Part shown: piece by piece, positions 7,918 to 19,135 of the stretch
How the letters are laid out: every line of letters starts with the position of its first letter
Position numbering within the stretch: position 1 is the stretch's first letter
Assembly (NCBI GenBank): GCA_963745035.1
Contig: CAVUVW010000013.1
Coordinates: forward strand, 1,120,001 to 1,184,000
From: an uncultured delta proteobacterium
Lineage (GTDB): Bacteria; Desulfobacterota; Binatia; UBA9968
DNA: 64,000 nucleotides
Reading direction: 5' to 3'
Made by a program: the position numbers and the translations under genes
The notes under the pieces: model-generated
Told to the model about the DNA's origin: nothing
The model's input: only the letters and a program-made list of their open reading frames with translations
Databases searched by the model: none

Positions 7918-8062
7918 CGCCGCTCCTTATCGAATGGAAAATTGCCAGACAGCGCCACCATTGTAGCGCATTGCCGGCCGCGCGGCGCAAATTCCTCCCG
8001 GCAGGCCGCGCAAAGGCGCGCACAACCTTCGTGGTTAAATCTTATCCGCTCTCGCCGCGGAC

Positions 8063-8656
8063 TTACGTGACGGTCGGATCGAATGGCTTAGGCGAGCGCG
8101 CGCGCCAAGCCTGTTGAAAGCGATCGAGCAATTCGGCGGGATCGTCCTCGACGATCATCAAAGCACGATGCTTGGGTTTGATGAAATCTTTGGCGACGGC
8201 CTGATCGAGGAAGGCGATCAACGAATCGTAATAGCCCGCTACGTTCAAGAGCCCGCACGGCTTTTCGTGCAGCCCGAGCTGCGCCCAGCTCAGCACCTCG
8301 AAGAATTCTTCCATCGTGCCGATGCCGCCGGGCATGGCGATGAAGCCATCCGAGAGCTCGGCCATCAAGGCTTTGCGCTCGTGCATCGAGCCCACCACGC
8401 GCAGCTCCGTGAGCCCGCCATGCGCCACTTCCTTACTCACCAGCGAGTTCGGGATGACGCCGACGACCGTACCGTGAAGGTCGAGAACCGTGTTGGCGAC
8501 GACGTTCATCAAACCGACGTTGCCGCCGCCGTAGACGAGACCGTAGCCGCGCGCGACGAGCTCGCGACCAAGCTGTTGCGCCGCCAAAGCGTATTCGGGC
8601 GATGCGCCCTGGCGCGATCCGGTAAAGACGCAAACTTTTCTTATGCCGTCGTTCAT
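8063..8656 (-). CDS. LOG-family (TIGR00730) nucleotide phosphoribohydrolase
   Basis: LVYGGGNVGLM, MHERKA and PGGIGTMEE motifs. Confidence 0.95.
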   Translation of the reverse strand: MNDGIRKVCVFTGSRQGASPEYALAAQQLGRELVARGYGLVYGGGNVGLMNVVANTVLDLHGTVVGVIPNSLVSKEVAHGGLTELRVVGSMHERKALMAELSDGFIAMPGGIGTMEEFFEVLSWAQLGLHEKPCGLLNVAGYYDSLIAFLDQAVAKDFIKPKHRALMIVEDDPAELLDRFQQAWRARSPKPFDPTVT

Positions 8657-8768
8657 CGCTTTCGATCAAACATTCGCGATCTTCATGTGCTTCGCGGTGA
8701 GATCGAAAATCCCTCCGTGGACCTATTCTGGGTCGTTTGCATCACCCGTGTCGCTCGACGCTCTCGCG

Positions 8769-9768
8769 TCACTTCCAAAGTTTCTGGATAAAGCCTTCCT
8801 TTTCCAGCTCCTGGAAAAACCGTGCGTCGATGAACTGCTCGGGCTTGAGATTGGCGACCCGCGGATCGGTCTCGACCATTTGATCCATGACGGTCTTGAG
8901 CGATTCGGGCGACGGGACGCGGGATGCGCGGGATGTTGCGCACGATGTACATCTCGTACAGCTCGTCGAACATGGCCGCGTCGCTGCTGCGCAGATACTT
9001 CTGCATGATTTTGATGGCGGGCCCGCGCTGGGTCTTGGCGTAGTGCACGCCCTCGACGAAGCCGCGGACGAATTTCCGCACGGTGTTCTCGTTGCGCTTG
9101 ATAAACGAGCGCGTGGTGATGACCGACGAAGTCGGAAAATTGATGCCCATCTTGGACATATCGGCGAGCTCGCGGAAGCCGTCGCGCCGCCCGAGAATCG
9201 CCAATTCGGCGTTGATCACCGCCGCGTCCAACGTGCCCGCGCGCAGCGCATGGTACACGTCGGTCACGCCGCCCAATTGCATTACGGCGAAATCGCGCTG
9301 GCGCTTGACCGGCCACTGCTCTTCGACGTAGCGCAGGCCGAAATCGGTCGCCGAGCCGAAGCGCGAGACGCCGATCCTTTTGCCTTTGAGATCCTCCGGC
9401 CGCCGGATCTCCGGACGGGCCATGACGACGAACGTCATCACATTCATCGAGCTGGCAATCACCACCAAGTCGCCGCCGGCAAGATTGGCGTTGATCACCG
9501 CGCCGCCGGTGAACACGCCGATCGGCACTTCGCCCGACTGCACGACCTGTCCGGCGCGCCCGCCGCCCGCGACGTAGACCAGCTCGGCGTCGAGGCCGTG
9601 TTTGCGAAAAATCCCCGCTTCGTAGGGAATCCAGAACGTAGCTTGCGATCCGCCGATGGCGCTGTAGGCGAGACGGATTTTTTCGAGCGGAGCTTGGGCG
9701 CACACACGCGCGGGAAGAAGCAGGAATGCCAACACCAAGAGCGCTAACAAAGGCGCAAATTTTTTCAC
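8769..9768 (-). CDS. NMT1/SsuA-like ABC substrate-binding protein; frameshift near 8910
   Basis: Signal peptide; GIFRKHGLDAEL and DLKGKRIGVSRFGS; C-terminus PESLKTV...EKEGFIQKLWK* in a shifted frame. Confidence 0.88.
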
Positions 9769-9860
9769 AGTTCTCCTCTTATTATCTTTTATGGCGAATC
9801 TGCCAGGAAGTGCCAGGTCGAATTGCCTCCAAGTCTATCTGCAGCGGCTGGATGCAACGG

Positions 9861-10535
9861 TTACCCGTTTTTATCCGTCCCGCACGCGCGCGACAAGAGG
9901 CGGCGCAGGGGCTCGTCGGCGAGGGATTTGAGGCACAGATCGGCGTGGTCCAAAGAAAGACACTGAGTCATCGGATTGGGCACGGCGGCGCAGAATATGC
10001 CGGCGGCGCGCGCCGCGGCGACGCCATTGGGCGAATCTTCGAAGGCAACGGCTTCGCCGGGCGCGACGCCGACGGCATCGAGCACGGCGAGGTACGGCTC
10101 GGGATTGGGCTTATGCAGTTCGGTGTCTTCGAAACATTTGGTCGCGTGAAAATAGTCGAACAGCTCGAGCCGTTTGAGATGCCCGCGCACGTAATCGCCG
10201 CCCGAGCTCGACGCCAAGCCGATCTTCAAGCCCATCCCGCGCGCTTCGTGCAGATACTCTCGCACGCCGGGCAGCACCGGCTGGCCGAGCACAAGCTCGA
10301 CGACCCGGGCGCGGCGGTCCCGGCGCAGCGCCTCGATATCGGTGCGCGGCCCGTTCAATTCTTTGAAGTGCGCGTACATGTCGAAATAGGCGCGCGGCCG
10401 GCCGATCAGATCCGCCCACAGCTCCGCGCGCAATTCATGGCCATGGGCGGCAAATACCTCCTGCCAGACTTGAAACTCCGGACTTTCGGTGTCGAGAATC
10501 AAACCGTCGAAGTCGAAAATCAGCGCTTTGATCAT
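9861..10535 (-). CDS. HAD-superfamily phosphatase
   Basis: FDFDGLILDTE, KPNPEPY and FEDSPNG motifs. Confidence 0.95.
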   Translation of the reverse strand: MIKALIFDFDGLILDTESPEFQVWQEVFAAHGHELRAELWADLIGRPRAYFDMYAHFKELNGPRTDIEALRRDRRARVVELVLGQPVLPGVREYLHEARGMGLKIGLASSSGGDYVRGHLKRLELFDYFHATKCFEDTELHKPNPEPYLAVLDAVGVAPGEAVAFEDSPNGVAAARAAGIFCAAVPNPMTQCLSLDHADLCLKSLADEPLRRLLSRACGTDKNG

Positions 10536-10641
10536 CCTGCTGCCACGTTTACCAAGGTGAGCGACGACGGCGGGCTGCTGCGCGCTGTTTCCTATTCAGC
10601 GCGCGGGGAAGATGCAAGCCGCCACGCGTATTCCGCAAGCA

Positions 10642-11031
10642 TCATCGGCCGCCCACCGGCACGCTGGTCCCGCTCTTCTTCCGCGCGACCTTCTCGACCA
10701 GACCGCGAAAGGTCGTCAATTCGTCGCAGTTCACCTCGAAGGCGACCACGAACAGCGTGATCAAATCCTTGGCGTGAATCTGATTTGCCGCCCAGGCGGC
10801 GATTTCGCTCAAGTTATGCTCCGGCTTGAGCTCCTTGATCTTCATGCCGACGACCTCGGCCAGTCCGGCGGCGAGTTGCTGCGCGATCACGCGCTGCTCC
10901 GGCGGAAAATCCAGGCGGATAAACGCCACTTCCAGCGCCCAATCGATGCCCTTCGGCGCGGCGCGAAACGCCGTCCGGCCCAGAACCATGAGCAGGAGGA
11001 TCGCCGCGAGCAGCAAATAAAACGCCGTCAT
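10642..11031 (-). CDS. Hypothetical membrane-anchored protein
   Basis: 129-aa ORF, N-terminal hydrophobic helix, operon-like spacing. Confidence 0.7.
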   Translation of the reverse strand: MTAFYLLLAAILLLMVLGRTAFRAAPKGIDWALEVAFIRLDFPPEQRVIAQQLAAGLAEVVGMKIKELKPEHNLSEIAAWAANQIHAKDLITLFVVAFEVNCDELTTFRGLVEKVARKKSGTSVPVGGR

Positions 11032-11034
11032 CGT

Positions 11035-11481
11035 CTAGCTCCGAAAGTTCCCATCGTTGACCAGAACGGCGCGGTAGCGGACGCGATTCTCCCGCAGCCG
11101 TTGCAGCACGTCGTTGATCGCGCTCATGGAGTAAGATTCGATCATCGGCTGAACCGCATGGGCCGCGGCAAATTCCAGCATCGCCCTCATTTCCGCATTC
11201 GATCCGATGGCGCTGCCGCCGATGCTTTTTTGGCCTTCCAGCAGTCCGAACACGGGAACTCTGAGCTCGCCCGGCGAAGCGCCGACGATGCCCAACGCGC
11301 CGTTGGGCTTGAGAACGTTAATGTACTCCGCCCACGGCAAGTCGACCGGAACGGTCGCGTGACCGCGGTATCGACTTCGCAAAAGCGCTCCGAGGGAGTA
11401 ACGGTGCGGCTGCAATGCGCCGCCCGCGCGCGGCGCGGCGAATGCGTCAATAGACAAATTTTCCGTCGATAAGGCGGCCAC
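11035..11481 (-). pseudogene. Zn-dependent alcohol dehydrogenase (YahK/Ahr-like) with large internal deletion
   Basis: N-terminus AFAAPRAGGALQP/EVDTAVT joined to C-terminus GSAIGS...MLEFAAAH...VRYRAVL; catalytic Zn and NAD-binding motifs are missing. Confidence 0.75.
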
Positions 11482-11516
11482 GGCTGTTCTCTCCGATCAC
11501 ACCCCGCGCCGCGCTC

Positions 11517-12155
11517 TTACGACCGGGATTTGTCTTTCACCCACCGGGCGATCGCCGCCGATTCGGCATCGCCGCGCTCGGTCAATCCTTGAACGACGCC
11601 GGCGCGATCGTCGAGAGACCGGTTCTGGCTCACCTTCCATTTGCCGGTCAATTTTGTCAGCGCGATCTCGAGGCCGACAATCGCGCCCAACTGTTTGTCG
11701 ATGAACGGCGCCGGCGCGTCGGTCACATGCCAACGAGCGGCATGGCCGGCCTCAAAGCGCTCGGTGAGCCGCGTGACCAAGCCGCGCAGCCACTCGCGAT
11801 CGTGCACGATCTTTATCGCGCCGTAGCCGTGGACAACCAGATAATTGTACGTCGGCACCACCTCGCCGGTGATTTTTTTCGACGGATACCACGATGGCGA
11901 CACATAGGCCTGCGGTCCCTGAAAAATAACCAGCGCTTCGACGTCCAGCGAAAAATCGCGCCATACGGGATTTGCCTTGGCGACGTGGCCGCGCAGAGTT
12001 CCCAGCGGTGCCGGCGCGGCGTCAAGCTCGAACGGGATATGATTGGCGTTCAGCCCCGCGGCGCTCAGCACAACCAGCGAACCGAGGGGCCGCTCGCGAA
12101 TCAGCTCATGGAGCCGTTCCACCCGTGGCTCATGAAAATGTGCGGGCAAATACAC
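11517..12155 (-). CDS. FMN-binding negative transcriptional regulator (PaiB family)
   Basis: MYLPAHF, GHVAKANP, YVSPSWY, VPTYNY and GKWKVSQN motifs. Confidence 0.95.
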   Translation of the reverse strand: MYLPAHFHEPRVERLHELIRERPLGSLVVLSAAGLNANHIPFELDAAPAPLGTLRGHVAKANPVWRDFSLDVEALVIFQGPQAYVSPSWYPSKKITGEVVPTYNYLVVHGYGAIKIVHDREWLRGLVTRLTERFEAGHAARWHVTDAPAPFIDKQLGAIVGLEIALTKLTGKWKVSQNRSLDDRAGVVQGLTERGDAESAAIARWVKDKSRS

Positions 12156-12372
12156 CTTGGCTTACTCTCGGTAACCTGGCGGATACTGGCGCTGGATGAT
12201 GGAAACTGTCGCTCGACAATAATCGCCCTCACCCAACCGTGTGTCAAGCAGATCGGACGATAGCGGAATCGGTCCGGCGGGCGGAGAATTGCTTTTGTGC
12301 CCACCCGTTGCAAAGAACGCGCAAATCTTTATGATGCAACCGCTGCGGCGCGCCCGCGGCAGAGGAGGAAAA

Positions 12373-13419
12373 ATGAAGATGAGAGCAACCTTTGCAACCG
12401 CGGCCTTGTTTCTGGGCTTTTTCCAGGCGGCCGGCGCTGCTGTTTATGCCCAGGATCAGTTTTTCAAAGGCAAACAGATACGCATCATCGTCGGCCTGAG
12501 CAGCGGCGGCGGCTACGACCGGGCCGCGCGCATGATCGCGCGCCACATCGGGAAATATATCCCCGGTAGTCCCGATCTCGTCGTGCAGAACATGCCCGGC
12601 GCGGGTTCCGTGACAGCGGCCAATTACGTTTGGGGCGTGGCCAAGCCTGACGGTTTGACGCTTCTCGCGCCGCATAACAATTTCTATTTGAGCCAGCTCT
12701 CGGGGCAAAAAGAAGTGCAGTTCGATTTACCGAAGTTTCAGTGGATCGGCTCGTTGGAGAACGACGACATGATGATGTTCTCCCGCGCCGACGCGCCGTT
12801 TAAGTCGATGAGCGAGATCGTGCGGCAAAAGATATCGCCCAAGTGCGGTTCGACGGGGGTGGGCAGCTCCGACTACGTCATGTCGAAGATCTTGGAGGAA
12901 ACCATCGACGCGCAGATCCAACACGTTGTCGGCTATCCCGGCAGCAGCGAAATCGCCATCGCGCTCGAGCGCGGCGAGGTCCAATGCATGGGGCTGACGA
13001 TCTCGACTTATTATGGGCGCGAACCGTTTCTGACATGGCTCAAGAGCAAGTTTGTCCGGTTCCTGGCGCAGAGCGGGCGCAAAAGAGACCCGCGGGTGGG
13101 CGACGCGCCGACCATCTACGAGCTGATGGAGGAATTCAAAACTCCGGCGACCAAGCGTCGCGTCGCGGAAGCCATGCTGCTCGGCGGCGAGTGGGCGCGG
13201 CCATTGATGGCGTCGCCGGGAACGCCGGCCGATCGGGTTGCGGTCCTGCGCGCCGCTTACGAGAAAGTGGTCAAAGACCCCGAGCTCCTTGCCGAGGCCA
13301 AGAAGATGCGCATCGACGTCGTGCCCGTCAGCGGCGAAAAACTCCAGGGCATGGCCAAGGAAGTCATGAACCAGCCGCCCGAGGTCACCGCGCAGATCAA
13401 AAAACTCTTTACGCAATGA
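12373..13419 (+). CDS. Tripartite tricarboxylate transporter substrate-binding protein (TctC/Bug)
   Basis: GGAGG RBS; signal peptide; GGGYD, VQNMPGAG, KPDGLTL and GYPG motifs. Confidence 0.92.
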   Translation: MKMRATFATAALFLGFFQAAGAAVYAQDQFFKGKQIRIIVGLSSGGGYDRAARMIARHIGKYIPGSPDLVVQNMPGAGSVTAANYVWGVAKPDGLTLLAPHNNFYLSQLSGQKEVQFDLPKFQWIGSLENDDMMMFSRADAPFKSMSEIVRQKISPKCGSTGVGSSDYVMSKILEETIDAQIQHVVGYPGSSEIAIALERGEVQCMGLTISTYYGREPFLTWLKSKFVRFLAQSGRKRDPRVGDAPTIYELMEEFKTPATKRRVAEAMLLGGEWARPLMASPGTPADRVAVLRAAYEKVVKDPELLAEAKKMRIDVVPVSGEKLQGMAKEVMNQPPEVTAQIKKLFTQ

Positions 13420-13493
13420 CCGGCAGATTTTTTCCGGTGTAAGAGACTGTGTCAGAATGTCATTGCGCCGGCTTAAAACGAGCCGGCCGCTTT

Positions 13494-13916
13494 TTATTTG
13501 GCGCCCTGCTCCAACTCGGCGATGCGCCGGCGCAACTCCCGCTCTTCGTTCCAGCGCGCGGTCTCGTCGCGCGCGATGGCGGCAATAACTCGACCGTCAG
13601 GCCCATCGAGCAAGCTCACGGTAAATGCAATCGACAACGCCCGCCCGTCTTTATGGGTCGCCGGGACGCGCAGCACGTCTGTGCCGTATTTGGTTTTTCC
13701 TGTGGCCATGACCTGGCGATAGCCGTCCCAGTGGCGCGCGCGAAAGCGTTCCGGAATAATCAGATCGAGGGATTGACCGAGAGCCTCGGCGGCGCTAAAG
13801 CCGAAAATCCGCTCCGCCGCCGGATTCCAGAAAACGATCGCGCCGTCGGCGCGCGCGGCGATGATCGCGTCCGCCGCCGCCTGCGCAAAAATTTCCAGAT
13901 CGAATGACTGGCCCAT
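13494..13916 (-). CDS. Stand-alone PAS domain protein
   Basis: IVFWNPAAERIFG, GQSLDLIIPE and IARDET motifs; AGGAG upstream of MGQSF. Confidence 0.9.
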   Translation of the reverse strand: MGQSFDLEIFAQAAADAIIAARADGAIVFWNPAAERIFGFSAAEALGQSLDLIIPERFRARHWDGYRQVMATGKTKYGTDVLRVPATHKDGRALSIAFTVSLLDGPDGRVIAAIARDETARWNEERELRRRIAELEQGAK

Positions 13917-14059
13917 GGGATGTCGAGCTCCTTCCAAATTCGATGGAGAGTTGCGCCGCGATTGCGGCGGGATCGAATCAATTTTTTCTAGCGCCCGCCC
14001 ATGCCTCGGTCAACACCGGGACGAAATAGAGCGGCAATGCTCTTCGACGATTTCGCGCG

Positions 14060-15265
14060 CTACCAGCGGCCGCGGCCCGCGCCGTAGCGCCGGCTTGACG
14101 AGCGTCCGCCGAAGATCGGCTTGGGATTGGGATCGAGGAGACGGCTGTAGGCGTAGTTGAAGCCTTCGAGCTTGATGCGCGGGATCTTTTGGCCGATGAA
14201 GTGTTCGACGGACGCCACTTCCTGAAGCTCCTCGGCGGTCATGATCGTGAAGGCGTCGCCGACGCTCTGCGCCCTGCCGGTGCGGCCGATGCGGTGGACG
14301 TAGTCTTCCGGATGATGCGGCACGTCGAAATTGATCACGTGGCTGATCTGCTCCACGTCGATGCCGCGCGCGGCGATGTCGGTGGCGACCATCACTTCAT
14401 AGCGGCCGTTGCGAAAGCCGTTGAGCGCGTTTTCCCGCTCGCGCTGGGTTCGGCTCGAATGCAGCACCGCGACCGCGTGGCCCTGCTGCTGGAGCCGGCG
14501 TGCGACGCGATCGGCGCCGTTCTTGGTGCGGCAGAAAATCAGCACCTGATCGTACTCGGTGCGCCGCAGCAGCTCTTCGAGCAGTTCCTGCTTCTGGCCG
14601 ATATCGACCGGATACAACGCATGAGTTACGGTCTCCGCGGGCGAGCGGCGCTGGCCGATCTCGACGGTCTCGGGATTGCGCAAGGCCCATTTGCAAAGCT
14701 GCTCGATCTCCGGCGGGATCGTCGCCGAGAAGAGCATGGTCTGGCGCGTGCGCGGGCAGCGCTCGACGATCTTGCGCACATCGGGCATGAAGCCCATGTC
14801 GAGCATGCGATCGGCTTCATCGAGAACCAGCGTCTCGATCTGATCGAGGCGCAGCATGCGCCGTTGGAGCTGGTCAAGCAGCCGCCCCGGCGTCGCCACC
14901 ACGATATCGGCGCCCTGGCGCAGCGCCTGATCCTGGCGGCCGTAACCCGTGCCGCCGTACAGGACGACCGTGCGCAAGTCGGTGAAGCGCCCATAATCGC
15001 GAATCGCCGTTTCGACCTGCGCCGCCAGCTCGCGCGTGGGCTCGAGCACCAGAGCGCGCAAACGCCCGCGCTGGCCGAGCCGCGAAATCAGCGGCAACGC
15101 GAAGGCCGCGGTTTTGCCCGTGCCGGTCTGCGCCGAGCCGATCACATCCCGGCCCGCGAGAATCAGCGGGATCGCGCGCAGTTGAATCGCCGTGGGTTCG
15201 GCGTAGCCGGCGGCGCGCACGCCTTCGACAGCTTTGGGCGAGAGTCCGAGTTTCGAGAAGGGCAC
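14060..15265 (-). CDS. rhlE: DEAD-box RNA helicase (RhlE-like)
   Basis: AQTGTGKT, PTRELA, DEAD, SAT and HRIGRTGRA motifs. Confidence 0.93.
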   Translation of the reverse strand: MPFSKLGLSPKAVEGVRAAGYAEPTAIQLRAIPLILAGRDVIGSAQTGTGKTAAFALPLISRLGQRGRLRALVLEPTRELAAQVETAIRDYGRFTDLRTVVLYGGTGYGRQDQALRQGADIVVATPGRLLDQLQRRMLRLDQIETLVLDEADRMLDMGFMPDVRKIVERCPRTRQTMLFSATIPPEIEQLCKWALRNPETVEIGQRRSPAETVTHALYPVDIGQKQELLEELLRRTEYDQVLIFCRTKNGADRVARRLQQQGHAVAVLHSSRTQRERENALNGFRNGRYEVMVATDIAARGIDVEQISHVINFDVPHHPEDYVHRIGRTGRAQSVGDAFTIMTAEELQEVASVEHFIGQKIPRIKLEGFNYAYSRLLDPNPKPIFGGRSSSRRYGAGRGRW

Positions 15266-15361
15266 AAATTTTTATTGCACAACCGGCGGGGATTCACAAA
15301 CGTCGTGGATTGTTCACGCGGCGAGGAACCAGGTGGCACTCTGAGGATCGACGGCCGCCGG

Positions 15362-15979
15362 TCAATCCGGCGCGACGTTGCCGAGCGCGCGGCGAATAAA
15401 CACTCCTTTGGCGTTCGAGTATTCCGCGCTCCGTGTGATGCCGCGCGCCAGGATCGCGCGCTTTTCCGCTTCGTAGGCGCGCCGCAGGTCGATGTGGCGG
15501 CGCAGGAGATCGCGAAATCGCACCAAGTCGCGCGCCTCCGCGCAGCCGGCCGCGACCACGTGCGCGTGGATTCTGTAGGTGCGGCCGAAATACTCCACGC
15601 TGCCGACGCGCATCGGGCGCGACTCGGGAAACGGATCTTCTCCGCCTTGCCGCTGAAAGCCGATGCGGTCGAGAGCCTTGCGCGCCGCGTCCAGACGATT
15701 GGGCGCGTAAAGCGCGAGCAGGTCGATGATCCCTTTTCCCCAACACCCGGGAACGGCCGTGCTGCCGATGTGCTCGATTTGCAAGCTGCCGTCGGCGCGC
15801 AGAATGATTTCAGCAACCCACGCCGCCACCCGGCGGCACTGGGAGTCGTAGGGCAGATACTCGACGGCGGAAAATCTGTAGTTGCCGATCGGCATGCGCG
15901 CTATGAATTCGTGGGGAATCGGCAGTTGGGCTCTCGATTCAAAAGATCGATAGGTCATTGGGTCTAAATCGTCGGTCAC
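15362..15979 (-). CDS. GrpB family protein
   Basis: IEHIGSTAVPG..GKGIID and FRDLLR..YEAEK motifs. Confidence 0.9.
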   Translation of the reverse strand: MTDDLDPMTYRSFESRAQLPIPHEFIARMPIGNYRFSAVEYLPYDSQCRRVAAWVAEIILRADGSLQIEHIGSTAVPGCWGKGIIDLLALYAPNRLDAARKALDRIGFQRQGGEDPFPESRPMRVGSVEYFGRTYRIHAHVVAAGCAEARDLVRFRDLLRRHIDLRRAYEAEKRAILARGITRSAEYSNAKGVFIRRALGNVAPD

Positions 15980-16407
15980 GGTGTCTCCTGTGATCTTTCA
16001 TTTCCTCGAGCGAATTTGCCGAATTCATCGCCGCGCTTTTCTTTGCAAGAGATACTTCGCAATATGAATACCACGCGTATCGTCGCACCGCCTTCGAATA
16101 ATGTGCTGGATTTTCCGCCGATATTATCGCGGCGGAGCGCGGGCGGATCGTCCGCAGCGCCTTTGGTTTACATCGGCTGTAACCGATGGTTGCAGCGGTT
16201 GCCGCGCGGCGCTGGGCTGGAGGTGAAACAGGCAGGCGAAAAGACGAGAATGAGAGCTGCGGCTGCTGATGTCGAGGCGGTTCTTTCGAGAGCGAGCTCC
16301 AACCGCCGCAACGCCCGTCACTACCGCGGTCGATCAAAAACCAAACTTTCGAGCGAGCTACGGGATCGAAAAGCGCACGCCACGCCGGATCGCGGCATGC
16401 GCGTCCT

Positions 16408-17623
16408 TCATGCCGGCACGGCGACGCGCTCGACGCGCGGCTCTCGAATCGGCAGATTGAGCAGCGCCGCGACCAGCGCAAACAGCGCATCGGCCCACCA
16501 CATCCACAGGTAATTGCCGGAATAACTGAACGCCAGCCCGCCCAGCCAGGCGCCGAAGAAGCCGCCGATCTGGTGCGACAGCATGGTCATGCCGTAGAGC
16601 GTTGCGAGATAGCGCATGCCGAAAAGCTTGCCGACGACGCCGGCGGTGGGCGGCGCGGTGCCGAGCCAGGAAAAGCCCAAGCCGACGGCGAGCAGATAAA
16701 AGGTCCACTCGGTTTTCGGCGCGACGAGGTAGATTAAAATCAGCAGCGTGCGCGAGCCGTACATCCAAAACAGCACGTCCTTGCCGCGAAAGCGCCCGAG
16801 CAGCCAGCCGGCGGTAAAGCTACCCGCAATGTTGGCCAGGCCGATGATCGCCAGCGACCAGCTCGCCACCGCTGCCGGTAAGCCGCACAGATCGACTTCG
16901 CCGGGCAAATGAGTGATCAGAAACGCGATGTGAAAGCCGCAGGTCAAAAAACTCCCGTGTAAAAGCAAGTAGCTGCGGTCGCGGAAAGCATTGCGCAATG
17001 CCGCGCCCATGCCGCCGTCGTCGTTCGACGCCAGCGTAAGCGCAGCCGCCGCGCGCCCGCCGATCGGTCGCACGAGCGGCAGAGCGAAAAGGGTCATCGC
17101 CGCCAAGGACCACATGGCGCCGGCCCAGCCCCAACTGGTGATCAACCGCTGCGCGACGGGAGCGAAGACGAACTGCCCGAACGAGCCGCCCGCGGTGATG
17201 ATCCCCGCCGCCGTGCCGCGCTGCGCCGCCGGCATGGCGCGGGCCAAAGAGCCGATCAGCACCGAAAAACTGCCGGCCCCCGAGCCTGCCGCCGTGAAAA
17301 TACCGAGAGTGAGCACGAGGCCCGCGCTCGAAGTCAAAAGCGGCGTGAACGCGCTCCCCAGGGCGAGAATCAGCACGCCGCGCGGTGAGCACCCGTGCAG
17401 CGCCGAAGCGGTCCGCCATTGCGCCGGCAATCGGCTGCGCCGCGCCCCAGATAAATTGCCCGACGGCCATGGCGAAGCTAATCGTGACAACGCCGACTCC
17501 GGTGGAACCTGCGATCGGCAGTAAAAACAGCCCCTGCGTCTGCCGAATTCCCATCGTCACCATCAACATCGCCGCCGCTGCGAGCGTCAGAAAGAGCCAG
17601 GAATTGGTTTTGTCTGGAGGCAT
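16408..17623 (-). CDS. MFS transporter; frameshift near 17385
   Basis: N-terminal half GIRQTQGLFL...DRFG and C-terminal half CGFHIAF...HQIGGFFGAW lie in two frames. Confidence 0.9.
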
Positions 17624-17721
17624 GAAGATCGTTCAATCTATCTGCAACTGCGCTGGACAGCATTGCACCGGGACGCGGCGACGCCGTCTTTCTTCAGGCC
17701 GGCTCCGCAACCGCAAACTCG

Positions 17722-18066
17722 TTACTTTCTCGGCTGCGACTTTCCCTCGTCGTCGACGAAATCCGAGAAATCGGACTTGGTGGAAATACTGACCGGAACT
17801 TTGTGCTCGACGATCATCTTGAATACTTCGATCGCTTCCGCCGGCGGCTCCAACCCGCCGCTCTCCCGATAATACCAAACGGTTCGCCTTTTGGTCTTGG
17901 CATTTTCCAATGCTCGCTGCACATCCGCGGGCGTCGCTGCTTTACCGTCTACGATAATTTTTCCGGTCACCAGCACGCTGATTCGCATGATCCGCGAATG
18001 CGGCGCATGCTCCTCGACGGCGTAGCCCAGGAGCCGAGCGATCACGGTTTGCAGCGCTCGTACCAT
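17722..18066 (-). CDS. Hypothetical protein
   Basis: Globular-looking ORF with TVWYYRE...STKSDFSDFVD; start uncertain. Confidence 0.6.
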   Translation of the reverse strand: MVRALQTVIARLLGYAVEEHAPHSRIMRISVLVTGKIIVDGKAATPADVQRALENAKTKRRTVWYYRESGGLEPPAEAIEVFKMIVEHKVPVSISTKSDFSDFVDDEGKSQPRK

Positions 18067-18082
18067 TTGCCCCGCGCCCGCT

Positions 18083-19135
18083 TTAGATCCGCGCCACCAC
18101 TCTGCCGACAATGCCGCCGTCCTTTAACTCATCCAACGTGCGGCTCACCGCCGCAAGCTCCCGCGTCTCGATCGGCAGCGGCCTGATCTCGCCGGCGCGC
18201 GCCAGCGCCACGACTTCCCGCAGCTCGCCGACGCTGCCGAGGTGCGAGCCCCGCACCGTGAGCGCGCGCAGGATCGTCGCGCCGATCGACAGCCCAAGCT
18301 CGCCGCCGAATAGGCCGACCAGGATGAGCTTGCCGCCTTTGCGCAGCGCGCCGAGCGCCAGTTGTGAGGTCGCCGCGGCGCCGACGAAATCGACCGCCCC
18401 ATAAAGCGCGCCCGCGGTGATGGCTTGCAACTTTTTTGCCGCATCGGCAGCGCGTCCGTCGAGCGCCGCCGCCGCGCCCGCGGCGAGCGCCGCCGCCAAT
18501 TTCCGCTCTTCGATATCGACGGCGACGATGTTCTCGTGTCCCAGCGCCCGCACCATGCCGATAGCGGACAACCCGAGCCCGCCGGCGCCGATCACCATGA
18601 CCCACTCCGGGCGCGGAATCGGCTGCAGCTTCGCCACCGCGGAATAGGTGGACAGCCCCGAGCAGGCGAGCGTTGCCGCCCACGCCGGATCGAGACCGCC
18701 GGCGTCAATGAGATAGCGAGGATGGGGCACGATCAAATGGTCGGCATAGCCGCCAGGGCGCTGGATGCCGAGCATGCTCGGCGCCATGCAGTAATTGTCC
18801 AACCCCTCGCGGCAGCGCGCGCAGACGCCGCAGCCGGTCCACGGATAGACCAGCCTGTCGGCGCCGATGACTACATTCGTCGTATCCGGCCCCGCCGCGA
18901 TCACCGTGCCCAACGCTTCGTGGCCGAGAGTCGCCGGCAGCCGCATGCCGCGCTCGCTCATCTGCAAACGTTTGCCGCCGCCGAGATCGAAATAGCCGTC
19001 GCGAATATGCGTGTCGCTGTGGCACACGCCGCAGTATTTGACCTTGACCAGCACTTCCGTGCCACGCGGCTGGGGCGTCTCGCGCTCGATTTTCTGGAGC
19101 GGTGCTCCCCACTCGACGACATCGAAGCTCAGCAT
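18083..19135 (-). CDS. Zn-binding alcohol dehydrogenase
   Basis: CGVCHSD, GHE, CGVCARC..C and GAGGLG motifs. Confidence 0.95.
   Translation of the reverse strand: MLSFDVVEWGAPLQKIERETPQPRGTEVLVKVKYCGVCHSDTHIRDGYFDLGGGKRLQMSERGMRLPATLGHEALGTVIAAGPDTTNVVIGADRLVYPWTGCGVCARCREGLDNYCMAPSMLGIQRPGGYADHLIVPHPRYLIDAGGLDPAWAATLACSGLSTYSAVAKLQPIPRPEWVMVIGAGGLGLSAIGMVRALGHENIVAVDIEERKLAAALAAGAAAALDGRAADAAKKLQAITAGALYGAVDFVGAAATSQLALGALRKGGKLILVGLFGGELGLSIGATILRALTVRGSHLGSVGELREVVALARAGEIRPLPIETRELAAVSRTLDELKDGGIVGRVVARI

Noticed and set aside
14189-15967. 592-aa plus-strand ORF and similar long antisense ORFs
   Set aside because: Shadow ORFs of high-GC genes with clear motifs on the opposite strand
15980-16400. 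Unexplained 420-bp gap; possible ncRNA or small gene
   Set aside because: No recognisable riboswitch, RNA family or credible ORF; an Rfam search is needed
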